A stretch of 64,000 nt of DNA from Prasinococcaceae sp. CCMP 1430 (Eukaryota; Plantae; Prasinodermophyta). The notes beneath the pieces were generated by a model. That model was given only the letters and a program-made list of their open reading frames with translations. It was not told the origin of the DNA and did not search any database. The stretch covers positions 1 through 64,000 of the forward strand of contig RQSC01001312.1 of the NCBI GenBank assembly GCA_013416795.1, written 5' to 3'. Position numbers and translations under genes: made by a program. Numbering within the stretch: the first letter of the stretch is position 1; every line of letters starts with the position of its first letter. Positions 44,216 through 55,283 of the stretch are shown here, piece by piece.

Positions 44216-44886
44216 GCACGCTCGGTGCGCCCGGCGCAGTGGAATTTTTGGGGCAGGCCTCGGGCAACGCCGACGCCCCGAACCCCGCAGGCGCCCGCGC
44301 CGCACGCGCTCTGCCGCGCCAACCCCGCCCCTGCCCCTCTCCCACCCCCTGCTCACCCGCCACCCCTCGTCTCAGAGAAGCAGGCGCTGCCCGTCCCAGC
44401 AGGCACGTGCTGCAGGCGCGCCCGCTCGTGCTCCCTCATCCGAAACTCGTGGCCCAGGACGCGCGCGCGCGTCGCATGCGTTTTGACCTCACGCATCAAT
44501 GCTCTCCCGTGGTCACAAATGACTCAAATATCAGATGTAAACATCTCAAAGAGTTTCCCGTCAGTGGATGTGACATATGTTATGATGCATCGTCGAATAT
44601 GCAAACGGAGTTTGCCACGTCAGACGGTCACAGGCAGAGGAGTCACTCGCGCGCCCGCACACACACCTGCGACGGAGCAGGGAGCAGGCGGGGTGTGGGG
44701 GGAGGAGGGTACGAGCGCCACAGGCTGCGTCTGTCGCGCCGCGAGGCGCGCACTGAACTGCCGCTGCGCTCGCTGTGCCGACTGGGCCTGGTGTGTGTGC
44801 CGTGCCGGCTGCGCGTGCTGTGTTGCGCGCGTGCGGGCGCTGCATCGGCGGGGTGCCGCGGGTGGGTGGGTGGCGCGCCGAGCGCG

Positions 44887-46303
44887 ATGGTGGAGGGCCC
44901 GGAGTGCCACAGGGTAGCGGCAGCGCATGCGTGCATGGTGGGCTCGCGCATCGTGAGCGCGAAGTCGCCCAACGGCAAGTTCGCCGACGGAGCGGCAGCG
45001 ATCGAGGGCGACTGTCTGGATCGCATCGAGGGTGAGCGCGCTGCGCGAGCGCGGGCGAGCTTGCGAGCGCGAGCGAGCATCGCGCGCGAGCGAGCTTCGA
45101 GCACGCCCGCGTGCGCGGCGCATTGCCGCGCGCCACAGGAAGGCCGTGCACGCCGTGATCTGACGTGCGCGCTCGCGCCGTACGTGTGCCTGTGCGCCCA
45201 GTCCATGGCAAGAACATGTTCTACTTTTTTGGGCAAGGCCACGTCATGCACGGTACGCCTGCGCTTCAGCACGCTTGCATTTGACTCGCATTGCGCTCGC
45301 TGACCCGTGCGGGCACACGCACACCGGCGCGCGCCCACGCGCACGCGGACGCGCGCGCGTGCGCTCGCACACAGTCCACTTCGGCATGGCGGGTGAGTTC
45401 GCCACGTTCAAAGAGGGTCCCTATCCCGCTGTCAAGCCGACCACGCGCTTGGTCCTGGAGTTCGAGAACGGCGTGCGCGCGCACCTCTCAGCGATGACCG
45501 TCGTCCTCGACACTGTGGCGGCGCTCTACGAGCCCAAGGTGGCCGCGCTCGGGACGGATCCGCTGCGCGCAGACGCCGACCCGGCGCGCTTTGCGGCGGC
45601 GTGTGCCAGCTACGGCAAGAAGACGATCGGGGCGCTGCTCCTCGACCAGTCGAAGATCGCGGGCGTCGGCAACATCTACCGAAGCGAGATGCTCGCCGAG
45701 GCGCACATTCACCCCAACGAGCCCGCGAGCAGCCTCGAAGGCGAGGTTGTGGATGCGCTGTGGAGGGTGATAGTCAAGCAGATGCGTGCGGGCTTTGAGT
45801 CGGGCTCGATATGGGACCCCGTCACGGGGCCTAAGGTGTACGGCAAGACCAAGTCGCACCTCGGTGGCAAGGTGGAGACTTGGCGCGTGAACGGGCGCTC
45901 CCTGTACGCGGGGGCGCACCAGAAGCTGGGTTTCCCAGGGGCGGGAGCGGACGCGAGCGCAAAGGCGACGGCGAAGGCAGGAAAGCGCAAGGGGGCCGCC
46001 CTTGAGGCGAAGGAGATGGTGACTGCCGGGGATGCGCGCGCGACCAAACGCGCGCGAGGCGAGAAGCTGAATGCACAGCACACCGCACTGAAGGACGACG
46101 CCGTGCGCGACGCCGAGGCGGCCGAGGCCGCCGCGTCAAAGCGCGCGCCTGGAAAGAAGTCCAAGGCCGCCAAGAAGAAGGCGCCCAAGGCCGCCAAGAA
46201 GAAGGCGCCCAAGGCTGCCAAGAAGAAGGCGCCCAAGGCCGCCAAGAAGAAGGCACCCAAGAGGTGGATGTCAGCCAAACGGCGGACAGCCAAGAAAAAG
46301 TGA
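44887..46303 (+). CDS. Fpg/Nei-family DNA glycosylase (H2TH) with Lys-rich tail
   Basis: Exons 44887-45031, 45202-45252, 45375-46303: MVEGPECHRV, SPNGKF, HGKNMFYFF, VHFGMAG, LLDQSKIAGVGNIYRSEML. Confidence 0.88.
46163..46258 (+). repeat. 4 x 24-bp coding tandem repeat (KAAKKKAP)
   Basis: AAGGCCGCCAAGAAGAAGGCGCCC repeated with synonymous variation. Confidence 0.9.
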
Positions 46304-46441
46304 GCTAAGACAGTGGGTGCTCCTCTTGGGCGCAGCGCTGCCACGGCATGCCTTGTCAACCACACCGTATTATAGCAGGCTACCGAGCTGTGTGCGCCCG
46401 CGGGTAGCGATCGGGATGTACAGCGCGCCCGTCGCGTCCGC

Positions 46442-47386
46442 TCAAGCTGTTGCAAAGACAAAGACAAAGCCATGTGCGTGCGTGTGCGCGCCCGAGGTCA
46501 GCACATATCCCATGTAGTGGCCCTTGCTGCAAGCGAGTGTGTGCGTTCGCGTGCGCACGAGGGTGTTCGCTCGCACACTTCGCCCGAACGCGCGCGCACC
46601 TTCTGCCGATGCGCCTGCTGCCGCAGAGTCTCGCTCCCCCCAGCGCGCTTCTGCTGCTGTGAGCGCGCTGCTGAGCAGCGCGCCAACACGTGCGTGCTCG
46701 TCGGCCTCCGCGCGCGAGCGTGGCGGCGGCGCGTCGCGCGCGGCCGCCAGCGCGAAGTCCAACGCCGCTGCCGCATCCGCGACAGTGTCGGCTTCTTCCC
46801 GTGCCGGGCGCTGGGTGCGCGGCGCATCCACTGTAGCCGCCTGATTTGCGCGCCGCGCTCCGTCAGCTGAATGCCTGCGGAGAGCGCGTTCGCGTGCTCG
46901 TGTCCGCGCGCGTGTTTGTGGACGCATGCGCGCGCATGCGCCCGCACCTCCTTAGGGTCGGCGTACGCCTCTGCCGTGAAGAGCTCGAGCGCCTTCTCGA
47001 GCCTGTATGCTGCGCGCGACACGCGCGCGCCAACGACCGCCCCCGCGCTGGGGCACATGTACGCCACGCCGTCGAGCACATACAGCTGCATCAGCAGCGT
47101 GGGTCGCGCGCCGGGCGCGTCGCGCCGGCGCTTCTGCACCACGAAGAGGTGCGGCGGCCGCGCCTCGGCGACGACGAACTCTGTCCTCGGCGCGAGGCGC
47201 GCGAGCTCGGCCTCGTCGCTCGGGTCGCGCGCCCCGCGCTGCATGAGCGCCTCATTGGCGCTGCCAGCGTCCCAGAAGGGCGACTGGCGCAGGTAGGCGA
47301 GCACTGACGGCGCGTCCCCCGGAGGACCGTAGCTGTTGATCCACACGCCGTCGTAGAAGCACACGGAGCTCAGGTCGGAGGGGACG
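46442..47386 (-). CDS. MED6: Mediator subunit 6, first exon not located
   Basis: Exons 46948-47386, 46600-46840, 46442-46446: CFYDGVW, SPFWD..SANE, PHLFVVQKRRR, LYVLDGVAY.CP. Confidence 0.82.
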
Positions 47387-47903
47387 CTGGCAGCGCGCGC
47401 GGGAGCCCGTGCGCGCACGCGCGCGCGCGCGCAGGTGAGCGCGCGAACGACGCACGAGTCAGTGCGGATGCATGTGTCGCAGCCGAGCGTGGCGAGCGAG
47501 CACGGAAGCGGCGAGGCTCTCTTTCCCTTGTTCGCTCTCTTGCCCCCCCTCTCTCTCCACCCCCTGAACGCGCTCGCCCGCACGCTCGCAGCATCGCCCG
47601 TCCCAGCGCGCGCGCGCGCGCGAGCCAGCGAGCGCGCACTCGCGCCGCACGGGCCCGCTGTGGCGCGCCGCAGGCCTCGCCGCCGCGGCAGCGCGGCGCA
47701 GCTCGCCGCGATGCACTCTGACGAAAAGCTCGCGCGCCCTACAGCGCCCGCACGGACGGCGCTCCCCACGACTGCTCGCGAGAGGGTGGCGTGGGCCTCG
47801 CGGGCGCGCGCGACGCACACGCACGCGCGCGCGTGCGCGCACACACAGATGGTGGGGAGAGGGACTCTCTCCTCGCGTGGCGGCAGCTCCGAGACACGCG
47901 CCC

Positions 47904-48568
47904 TTACTTGATGTGCGCGTTGGGCACGCTCGACGCGCACGCGCCCGCGGCGCACTTGAGCGGCACGCCCTTGTAGCACGCGGCGCCCTGGGCGTCGGTG
48001 GTGAGGTCGGGCGCGACCTTCTCGAACTGCTTCTTCTTGGGCACGAGCACCTCGGCGGGCTCGCCGTCGAAGCCCTCGGCGGTGACGCGCTCGCCGAGCG
48101 CGGCGCCCTCGGGCGGGACCACGAAGTCGACCACCGTGTGGTCGGCGTTCGAGGCGCACAGCACCATGCCCTGCGACGCCACGTCGCGCATCTTGGACGG
48201 CTTGACGTTGGCCAGCACGAGCACGCGCGCGCCCAGCATCTGCGCCTCCGTCTTGAACTTCACGAGGCCCGACACCACCTGCCGCGGCCCGCTCTCCTCG
48301 CCCATGTCGATCTTCTCCACCCACAGCGAGTCCGCGTTGGGGTGGCGCTCCACGGACACGATCTTGCCCACGCGGATGTTCAGCACGCTCACGTCGACCT
48401 CCTTGGCCTTCATGTCGCCGCCCTTGGCCGCCTTGGCGTCGCCGCCCTGGGCGGCCGCCTTGGCGGCCTTCTTCGCGGCCTTCTCCGCCTTCTTGTTGGC
48501 CATCTTCTTGCCCTCGGCGGCCGCGCCCGCCGCCGCGGGCGCGGTGGCCGCCGCCGCGGCCTTCGCCT
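47904..48568 (-). CDS. EMAP II-like OB-fold tRNA-binding domain (Arc1p/AIMP1 or MetRS/TyrRS C-terminus), N-terminus in gap
   Basis: LNIRVGKIVSVERHPNADSLWVEKID.GE..PRQVVSGL, NVKPSKMRDVASQGMVLCAS, PKKKQFEKV. Confidence 0.9.
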
Positions 48569-49469
48569 NNNNNNNNNNNNNNNNNNNNNNNNNNNNNNNN
48601 NNNNNNNNNNNNNNNNNNNNNNNNNNNNNNNNNNNNNNNNNNNNNNNNNNNNNNNNNNNNNNNNNNNNNNNNNNNNNNNNNNNNNNNNNNNNNNNNNNNN
48701 NNNNNNNNNNNNNNNNNNNNNNNNNNNNNNNNNNNNNNNNNNNNNNNNNNNNNNNNNNNNNNNNNNNNNNNNNNNNNNNNNNNNNNNNNNNNNNNNNNNN
48801 NNNNNNNNNNNNNNNNNNNNNNNNNNNNNNNNNNNNNNNNNNNNNNNNNNNNNNNNNNNNNNNNNNNNNNNNNNNNNNNNNNNNNNNNNNNNNNNNNNNN
48901 NNNNNNNNNNNNNNNNNNNNNNNNNNNNNNNNNNNNNNNNNNNNNNNNNNNNNNNNNNNNNNNNNNNNNNNNNNNNNNNNNNNNNNNNNNNNNNNNNNNN
49001 NNNNNNNNNNNNNNNNNNNNNNNNNNNNNNNNNNNNNNNNNNNNNNNNNNNNNNNNNNNNNNNNNNNNNNNNNNNNNNNNNNNNNNNNNNNNNNNNNNNN
49101 NNNNNNNNNNNNNNNNNNNNNNNNNNNNNNNNNNNNNNNNNNNNNNNNNNNNNNNNNNNNNNNNNNNNNNNNNNNNNNNNNNNNNNNNNNNNNNNNNNNN
49201 NNNNNNNNNNNNNNNNNNNNNNNNNNNNNNNNNNNNNNNNNNNNNNNNNNNNNNNNNNNNNNNNNNNNNNNNNNNNNNNNNNNNNNNNNNNNNNNNNNNN
49301 NNNNNNNNNNNNNNNNNNNNNNNNNNNNNNNNNNNNNNNNNNNNNNNNNNNNNNNNNNNNNNNNNNNNNNNNNNNNNNNNNNNNNNNNNNNNNNNNNNNN
49401 NNNNNNNNNNNNNNNNNNNNNNNNNNNNNNNNNNNNNNNNNNNNNNNNNNNNNNNNNNNNNNNNNNNNN

Positions 49470-49529
<60 letters not shown>

Positions 49530-49610
49530 CACACACACACGCACACACGCACGCACGCGCGTGCTGGCGAGCCGTGCCGCCCGCCGCCGCCAGCCTCGGG
49601 CCCTCCCCAC

Positions 49611-49960
49611 GTCAAAACGCACGCATTCCCTCGCGCCAATGCGTTTTGACCTCCGCGCGCGTCACAGCGCACGTCACAGCGCGGGGCTGGGGCACGTTTG
49701 GGTTGGGTGTTTGGGGTTTGGTGTTGGGGTTTGTGATTTGGACCTCCCACGTCAAAACGCACGCATTCCCTCGCGCCAATGCGTTTTGGCCTCCGCGCAC
49801 GTCACAACGCACCCATTCCCTCGCGCCTATGCGTTTTGACCTCCGCGCACGTCACAGCGCACCCATTCCCTCGCGCCGATGCGTTTTGACGTCGCGCACG
49901 TCAAAACGCACGCATTCCGTCGCGCCAATGCGTTTTGGCCTCCGCGCACGTCGCAGCGCA
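49611..49960. repeat. 50-bp palindromic minisatellite (5 units) in a divergent promoter
   Basis: Units start at 49611, 49751, 49801, 49851, 49900; consensus GTCAAAACGCA-N18-TGCGTTTTGAC-CTCCGCGCAC. Confidence 0.92.
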
Positions 49961-50431
49961 CGCGCAGCGCGGGCTGGGCCCCGTTTGGGGTGGGGGTTTA
50001 GGGTTGTTGTGTTAGGTTTTATTTTCGTCGGCCGCGTTCCCCGGGCCACGGCGCGCGCGCGCGCTTCCGGGCGGCGCAGGCACACGGCAGGGGGGTGCAG
50101 GAAGGGGGGGGGAGGGGGGACAGCAGGAGGCGGTGGCGCAGCCGTTCGGTTAAGAGGGAGGTCGGGAGGGGCGCGGTTTGTGGTGCTGCCTCCGTTCGCG
50201 GGCGGGCGAGGCGGGGGCGAGCGAACGGGCGAGCGGGCGAGCGGGCGGCGGGGGCGGCAGGCTGCGCGCTCCGCACGCGCGCCACATCATTGGCGTCGGT
50301 GGACACTGGTGCTGCGGGCGCGCGCGCGGGGCCGCAGAGGCGGGAGGGCCGGCCGGGGGGCATCGAGCCGGCGTCCACGCGCGCGTGTCAATAGGCTCGC
50401 CGCCTTTGGCTTCGCTCGGGCTTTTCGCGCG

Positions 50432-52720
50432 ATGGTGGGCGGGCGGCGCGCGGCCGTCGCCGCGGCGCTCGCGTCGGCGGCGTGCCTCGCCGTGTCCGCG
50501 TCGGCGGCGCCGACGCTCGTCGAGCTCGGCTTGCCGCGGCAAGGGCCCAATGCTGCGGCGACTCCCGAGGACCACGCGCGCGAGGCTCGCGCGCGCCAGC
50601 TCGCGATGGGATCGCGCGAGGCCGCGAGGCCCATGCGCGAGCAGCTCGAGGGCGCGCTCGCTGCGACGTTCCCTGGAGAGGTCGCCGAGGAGGGCGCTCG
50701 CCGCGCGCTCGATGAAGCGGAGCCAGCGCCGATGCGACTCATGCTCTCTTTCCAGCTGGACGATGCGCCGCTGAGCGCCGACCACAAGGCGTTCCTCACG
50801 GACACGGTCGGGCCGCTGCTTCGCGACATCGTTGCGGACATGCTGAAGGTTCGCAAGCCCGTCGCCGAGGGGCAGGCGCTCAAGATCCCCGGTACGTGCG
50901 AGGCCGCGTGGTCGTTCGGGGAGGGATTGCCGACACCGTGCGGCCGCGTGACGGCGCCGTCGCAGGCGACCTGCGGCTACGCGGTGCACGATCCCCGGTA
51001 CCTCGGCGAGACGGAGGTGTGTGACTGTTCGGTGGCCTTCACTCCCGACGACTGTGCGTGTGCGCCCGCGTACGAGGCTGGCGAGGGCGCCGCCGACGCC
51101 GACTTCATCATGTACGTCACGGCGTACGAGTGGGGCCCGTGCATTGGCACTTCAAACTTTGCGTTCGCGAGCAGCTGCGTGTCAGACTACGATGTCATGT
51201 ACGGCTCGGCCAACCGGCCGCTGTCAGGCAACATCAACTTTTGCCCATCGATGACGGCGACGAGCGCCTCGGACGCCATGGCGATGAGGCCGTCGCCAGC
51301 GCCCGGAGCGGCACCCACCACCAACCTGGTCGCATCGCAGCTCCTCGACTTTGGGGTGCACGAGGCGCTGCATGCCCTATTTTTCAGCCCGCTGCTCTTT
51401 GGGGAGTTTGTGGACCCCGCCACCAACGAGCAACTCCCGCTGTCGGCGATTGTCAGCCAGGACGAGTACGGACAGCAAGCAATCGTCACCCCGCGGGTGG
51501 TCAGCGAGGCGCGCGACTACTTCGACTGCGACACCATGACCGGAATGCCACTTGAGGACGCCGGTGGCGAGTCGTCAGAGGATTCGCACTGGGACCAGGT
51601 GGTGCTCTACGATGAGATCATGTCCTCGACGGGGTTGGTGGGCATCAACTCCTGGATCAGTCGCATGACGCTAGCCCTCGCCGAGGACAGCGGCTGGTAC
51701 TTGCCGGACTACTCGATGGCCGGAGCGTCGCCCTACGGCTACGCCAGGGGCTGCCCCCTGGCGATGCACCATCCCATGAAGGAGGCCGGCGGCGCGAACT
51801 GCCCGGCGATGGATGGCCTCTGCGCGCCAGCTGCCGGTGCGCAGCTGGGCTGCTCGTACGACTCGCGCTTCCAAGCGGGCTGCGCGGAGATCCCAAACTC
51901 GGCCTGCGGCGTCATGCTGGGCTACGTGAACAAGGACTGCACCAACCCCGACCACTTGTGGAACCCCTCCACCGAGACGGCCTTCGGCGAGACCTTTGGC
52001 CTTAACTCGCGCTGCTTGCCGAAGGCGGGCGAATGGGTACGCGACGACGGCTACTACGTTGAGGCGGAGGCGGGCTGCTACTCGAGCATGTGCGAGGTTG
52101 ACGACGCCACCGGTGAGACGCGTTTCATGGTGGGCATCAACGGCAAATACCTGCACTGCCCCTCGGGCGGCTACGTCGATGCGAGCGCCTTCGGCGGTTT
52201 CATTGAGGGCCAGCTCGGGCCCTGCCCGGACAACGAGCAGGTTTGCTCCTTCCATGGCTGCGACAATGATTGCAGCGGCCGTGGCGCATGCATGCGCGGC
52301 GTGTGCCGCTGCTTCCTAGGCGCAGCGGGCCCCGACTGCTCGCGCGATCGGTGCATGCCCGGCGACACGCAGTGCGAAGCGGAGCTCAGCGCACTCATGA
52401 CAGAGGCGGCGGGGGGCGAAGGCGAGGGCGGCGGGGAGGGTAAGCTAAGCGACGGCGGCAGCGAGACCGTATCTGAGGCTGACAACGGCGGCGGCGACAA
52501 GGAGGGGGCCACTGAGGGGGGCAACAAGAAGAAGGCAAAGAAAAGGTCCAAGAAGAAGAAGACGAAGAAGTCCAAGAAGAAGAAGTCCAAACTCAAACTC
52601 TCCGCACAGCAGGTCAAGAAGCTCTGCAGAAAAGCGAAGAGCAAAAAGAAGTGCAAAAAGGGCGATGCCAAGAAACACTGCGTGTACAACAAGCAGAAGA
52701 GCAAATGCACTCCCAAGTGA
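50432..52720 (+). CDS. Leishmanolysin-like metalloprotease (peptidase M8/GP63) with EGF-like module and Lys/Cys-rich tail
   Basis: Signal peptide, ADFIMYVTA, RPLSGNINFC, HEALH (HExxH), SHWD..V..DEIM, S.MTLALAEDSGWY, CSGRGACMRGVCRC. Confidence 0.9.
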   Translation: MVGGRRAAVAAALASAACLAVSASAAPTLVELGLPRQGPNAAATPEDHAREARARQLAMGSREAARPMREQLEGALAATFPGEVAEEGARRALDEAEPAPMRLMLSFQLDDAPLSADHKAFLTDTVGPLLRDIVADMLKVRKPVAEGQALKIPGTCEAAWSFGEGLPTPCGRVTAPSQATCGYAVHDPRYLGETEVCDCSVAFTPDDCACAPAYEAGEGAADADFIMYVTAYEWGPCIGTSNFAFASSCVSDYDVMYGSANRPLSGNINFCPSMTATSASDAMAMRPSPAPGAAPTTNLVASQLLDFGVHEALHALFFSPLLFGEFVDPATNEQLPLSAIVSQDEYGQQAIVTPRVVSEARDYFDCDTMTGMPLEDAGGESSEDSHWDQVVLYDEIMSSTGLVGINSWISRMTLALAEDSGWYLPDYSMAGASPYGYARGCPLAMHHPMKEAGGANCPAMDGLCAPAAGAQLGCSYDSRFQAGCAEIPNSACGVMLGYVNKDCTNPDHLWNPSTETAFGETFGLNSRCLPKAGEWVRDDGYYVEAEAGCYSSMCEVDDATGETRFMVGINGKYLHCPSGGYVDASAFGGFIEGQLGPCPDNEQVCSFHGCDNDCSGRGACMRGVCRCFLGAAGPDCSRDRCMPGDTQCEAELSALMTEAAGGEGEGGGEGKLSDGGSETVSEADNGGGDKEGATEGGNKKKAKKRSKKKKTKKSKKKKSKLKLSAQQVKKLCRKAKSKKKCKKGDAKKHCVYNKQKSKCTPK

Positions 52721-52902
52721 GACGAAGCTCAGGTGGGAGGCAAGCTGCCCTACTCCAGCATGCGCACGCACAGCTTAATACGACGGCGGAGGGTCAACAC
52801 GCGGGCGCCGCGCGTCCAATGTACTGTACGCGATAACGAGTATCTGTTTGTACTGTTGTTTGCATTGCCTGCGTTGGCGCGCTTCTGTGCGTCCGCGTGC
52901 GG

Positions 52903-55283
52903 TCACGCATCGTCTCCATCGATGTCGTCAAGCGTGCGCGTGCCAGTTGGCAGTTCGAATGTCGACGCCTCAAGGCCGGCGCTGGTGGTGACGCTCGAGC
53001 CCTGAACAGACGCACACGAGCGAGCGACCGTGCCGGCTGCGCCATCGGCGGTACCCGCGTATATGCTGCAATCGATGGCCCTCCGGGAGTCGTCGTCAGT
53101 GCCCAAGTCGCACAGGTCGAGCGGTTGCAGAATGTCCTGCCAATTGAAGCTGCCATCGTCCGTACGGCTGGTTTCCCCATCGTCGCCAACCTCGCCTACG
53201 CGCTCCAGGGCCGCTTCCCAGGCGGCGCGCACCACGCCACGCTTGACCCGATTATCGACGGGTCCGCGCTTGCCGAGCGCGACGTGACGGTTCACTTCAA
53301 GTAGCCAGGGCGTGCCGCTCTGATCAAGGAGAAGATCCACGCCGAGCACCTTGGGCACAGCCGCGCGGTCGGCGTCGGCCGCGCTCACGTCGCCTACCTT
53401 CTCTTCAAGTGACGAGCTCGCCGCCCGCAGCGCCACAGCGCATGCCCGCACGCACGCCTGCCATATCGTGGCGTAGTGGAGTCCCCGGGCGGCCACCAGC
53501 TTGGCGAGCGCGCTCAGCGGGCGTGTGTTACCCTCCGCCTCGGCCGTAGCGAGGCTGTTGCTGCCAGCGACAAAGTAGTCGGCGTGAGTGTTGTTGAACG
53601 ACTGGTTGGTGATGTGCGCGTGCATGTCTATGTCGGCTGCCTCTTGCGCCTGCGCGTGCTCGCCCTCGTGCGGCGCGTAAGGCGCCGCCGCCAGAAGGCA
53701 AAGCCCCGTGCGGGCCACGTACGCACGCAGCGGCGCGAGACGCGTAGTCACTATGTAAAGGCGCAGCGAGAACTTGCGACCGTCGAGCAACAGAGGGCGC
53801 TCCACGTAGCGCTGCACGACGCAATCCGCGGCGCTCACGAGCGCCTGTCGTGCTCGCGTGCTGTGCAGCTCACCAAGCAGCACGTTGCCAGCACCGCCAT
53901 GGCCCATGCGGTCCTTCAGAATCCAGAGCGGCGCGCGCACGCCGTTGCCTGCGTGCGCGCGCACAGCGGCATCATGTGCACGGAGCGCGGTCGCCTGGTC
54001 GGGCATCTCGAATGTCGCCGGCGCTACCACCGCGCACGCGTGCGGGAGGCCGGGCGCGCCGAGGATGCGGTGCAGGCCGACCTTGTCGTCAATGCTCCTC
54101 CACTGCGGCGCCTCGAGCTTGTTGTTGGCCGCGCACAATGAGTCTTGGGGCTCGCAGCCCGCGTCGAAGCGCCCGGCATGTGCCTCACGCAGCAGCGCGC
54201 GAAGCGCCGCGAGGGCGCTCGTTCGCTCGTTCGCAAGCAGTTCCAGCTCTTGGCTACCATCAGCGCTGCCACCCATGGTGCCTGCGCCCCCGGCCGCGCG
54301 CACCGCGAGCGCCGCCGCATCGCATGCACGTACGAGCATGAACGCCCATGGCGCCTGCCTCGGCGCGCGCTCGTGCGCTGCGGCGAGAACCCGCACCGCC
54401 TCGAGCGCGTCCGCCCGCCTGCCGAGCGCGAGCAGCGCCCATCCACGCATCCCCAAGGGGTACGCGCCGAACGCCGCCGCGAGCGGCGTGCCCCCCACCA
54501 CCTCGGCGTGCAGGCGCGCGTGCGAAAGCGCTCCCACGCCGCGACGCGCGCACTGATTACTGCTGGGGTCGCTGACGTCGACGCCACGCTCGCACCTGTC
54601 TTCGACAGTGTGCACCGCCGCACGCCCAGGCTCGCGCAGCGCGTCGCGCGCGCGCCCCATGGCGTGCATGCTCTCGGCCACATACACAGCAAGCCGTGCA
54701 TCGAGCGGATCAGCGTCTCGCGCGCGGCCGAAGGCTTCGAGCGCGCCCGCGGGGTCGCCGAGCGCACTGAGCACCACGCCGAGCTTGCGCAGTGCGGGCA
54801 CGAAGCGCGGCGCCTTTCGCACGGCTGCACGCAGCCACGGCAGGCCGTCGCGATTTCGCCCGGCGCCGTGCAGCTCGGCGCCCAGGTTCACATCCGCGAG
54901 GAACATGGCGTCATCGTGGCGCAGCGCGAGCCGCCACAGCTCGCGGGCTCGCACGCGGTTGCCGGCGTCGAGCGCTTCGTCTGCGGCGACCATGCAGCGC
55001 GCAGCATCGGGCGACACCGCGGCTGCGCCGCTCAGCGCGCCAGCGCCGCTGCCTCGCGCCGCTGCGTTGAGCGCGTCCTCAGCGACAGCAAGTAGCGCGC
55101 GCGCGGGTGCGGCGTCGCCGGCATGCGCACTGCTCGAGATTGCGCGACCGCACGCGAGTACCGCGCCGAGCGCGTGTCCGCCGGCGTGCAGTGCGCTCGC
55201 GAGGCGGTAGTACGCGCGCGCGAGCGCGGCGGCGCCCTCCGCGCCGCCGCGCGCGAACGCCACCGCCTCCTGCGCGGCCGCGG
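52903..55283 (-). CDS. TPR-repeat + tubulin-tyrosine-ligase-like (ATP-grasp) protein, N-terminus in gap
   Basis: Several TPR-like helices, then DDKVGL, WILK, QRYVERPLLLDGRKFSLRLY, HITN, GVDLLLD..G.PWLLEVN. Confidence 0.88.

Noticed and set aside
3996-46947. Introner-like repeated introns
   Set aside because: The introns share only splice signals and CG/CA low complexity; the pairs I compared by eye do not align.
47904-48568. Full methionyl-tRNA synthetase
   Set aside because: Only the tRNA-binding domain is visible, and the 901-nt gap as sized is too short for a catalytic domain, so the call is left at domain level.
49611-49960. CRISPR-like palindromic repeat array
   Set aside because: The sequence between the palindrome arms is itself repeated (no unique spacers), there are no cas genes, and the context is eukaryotic.
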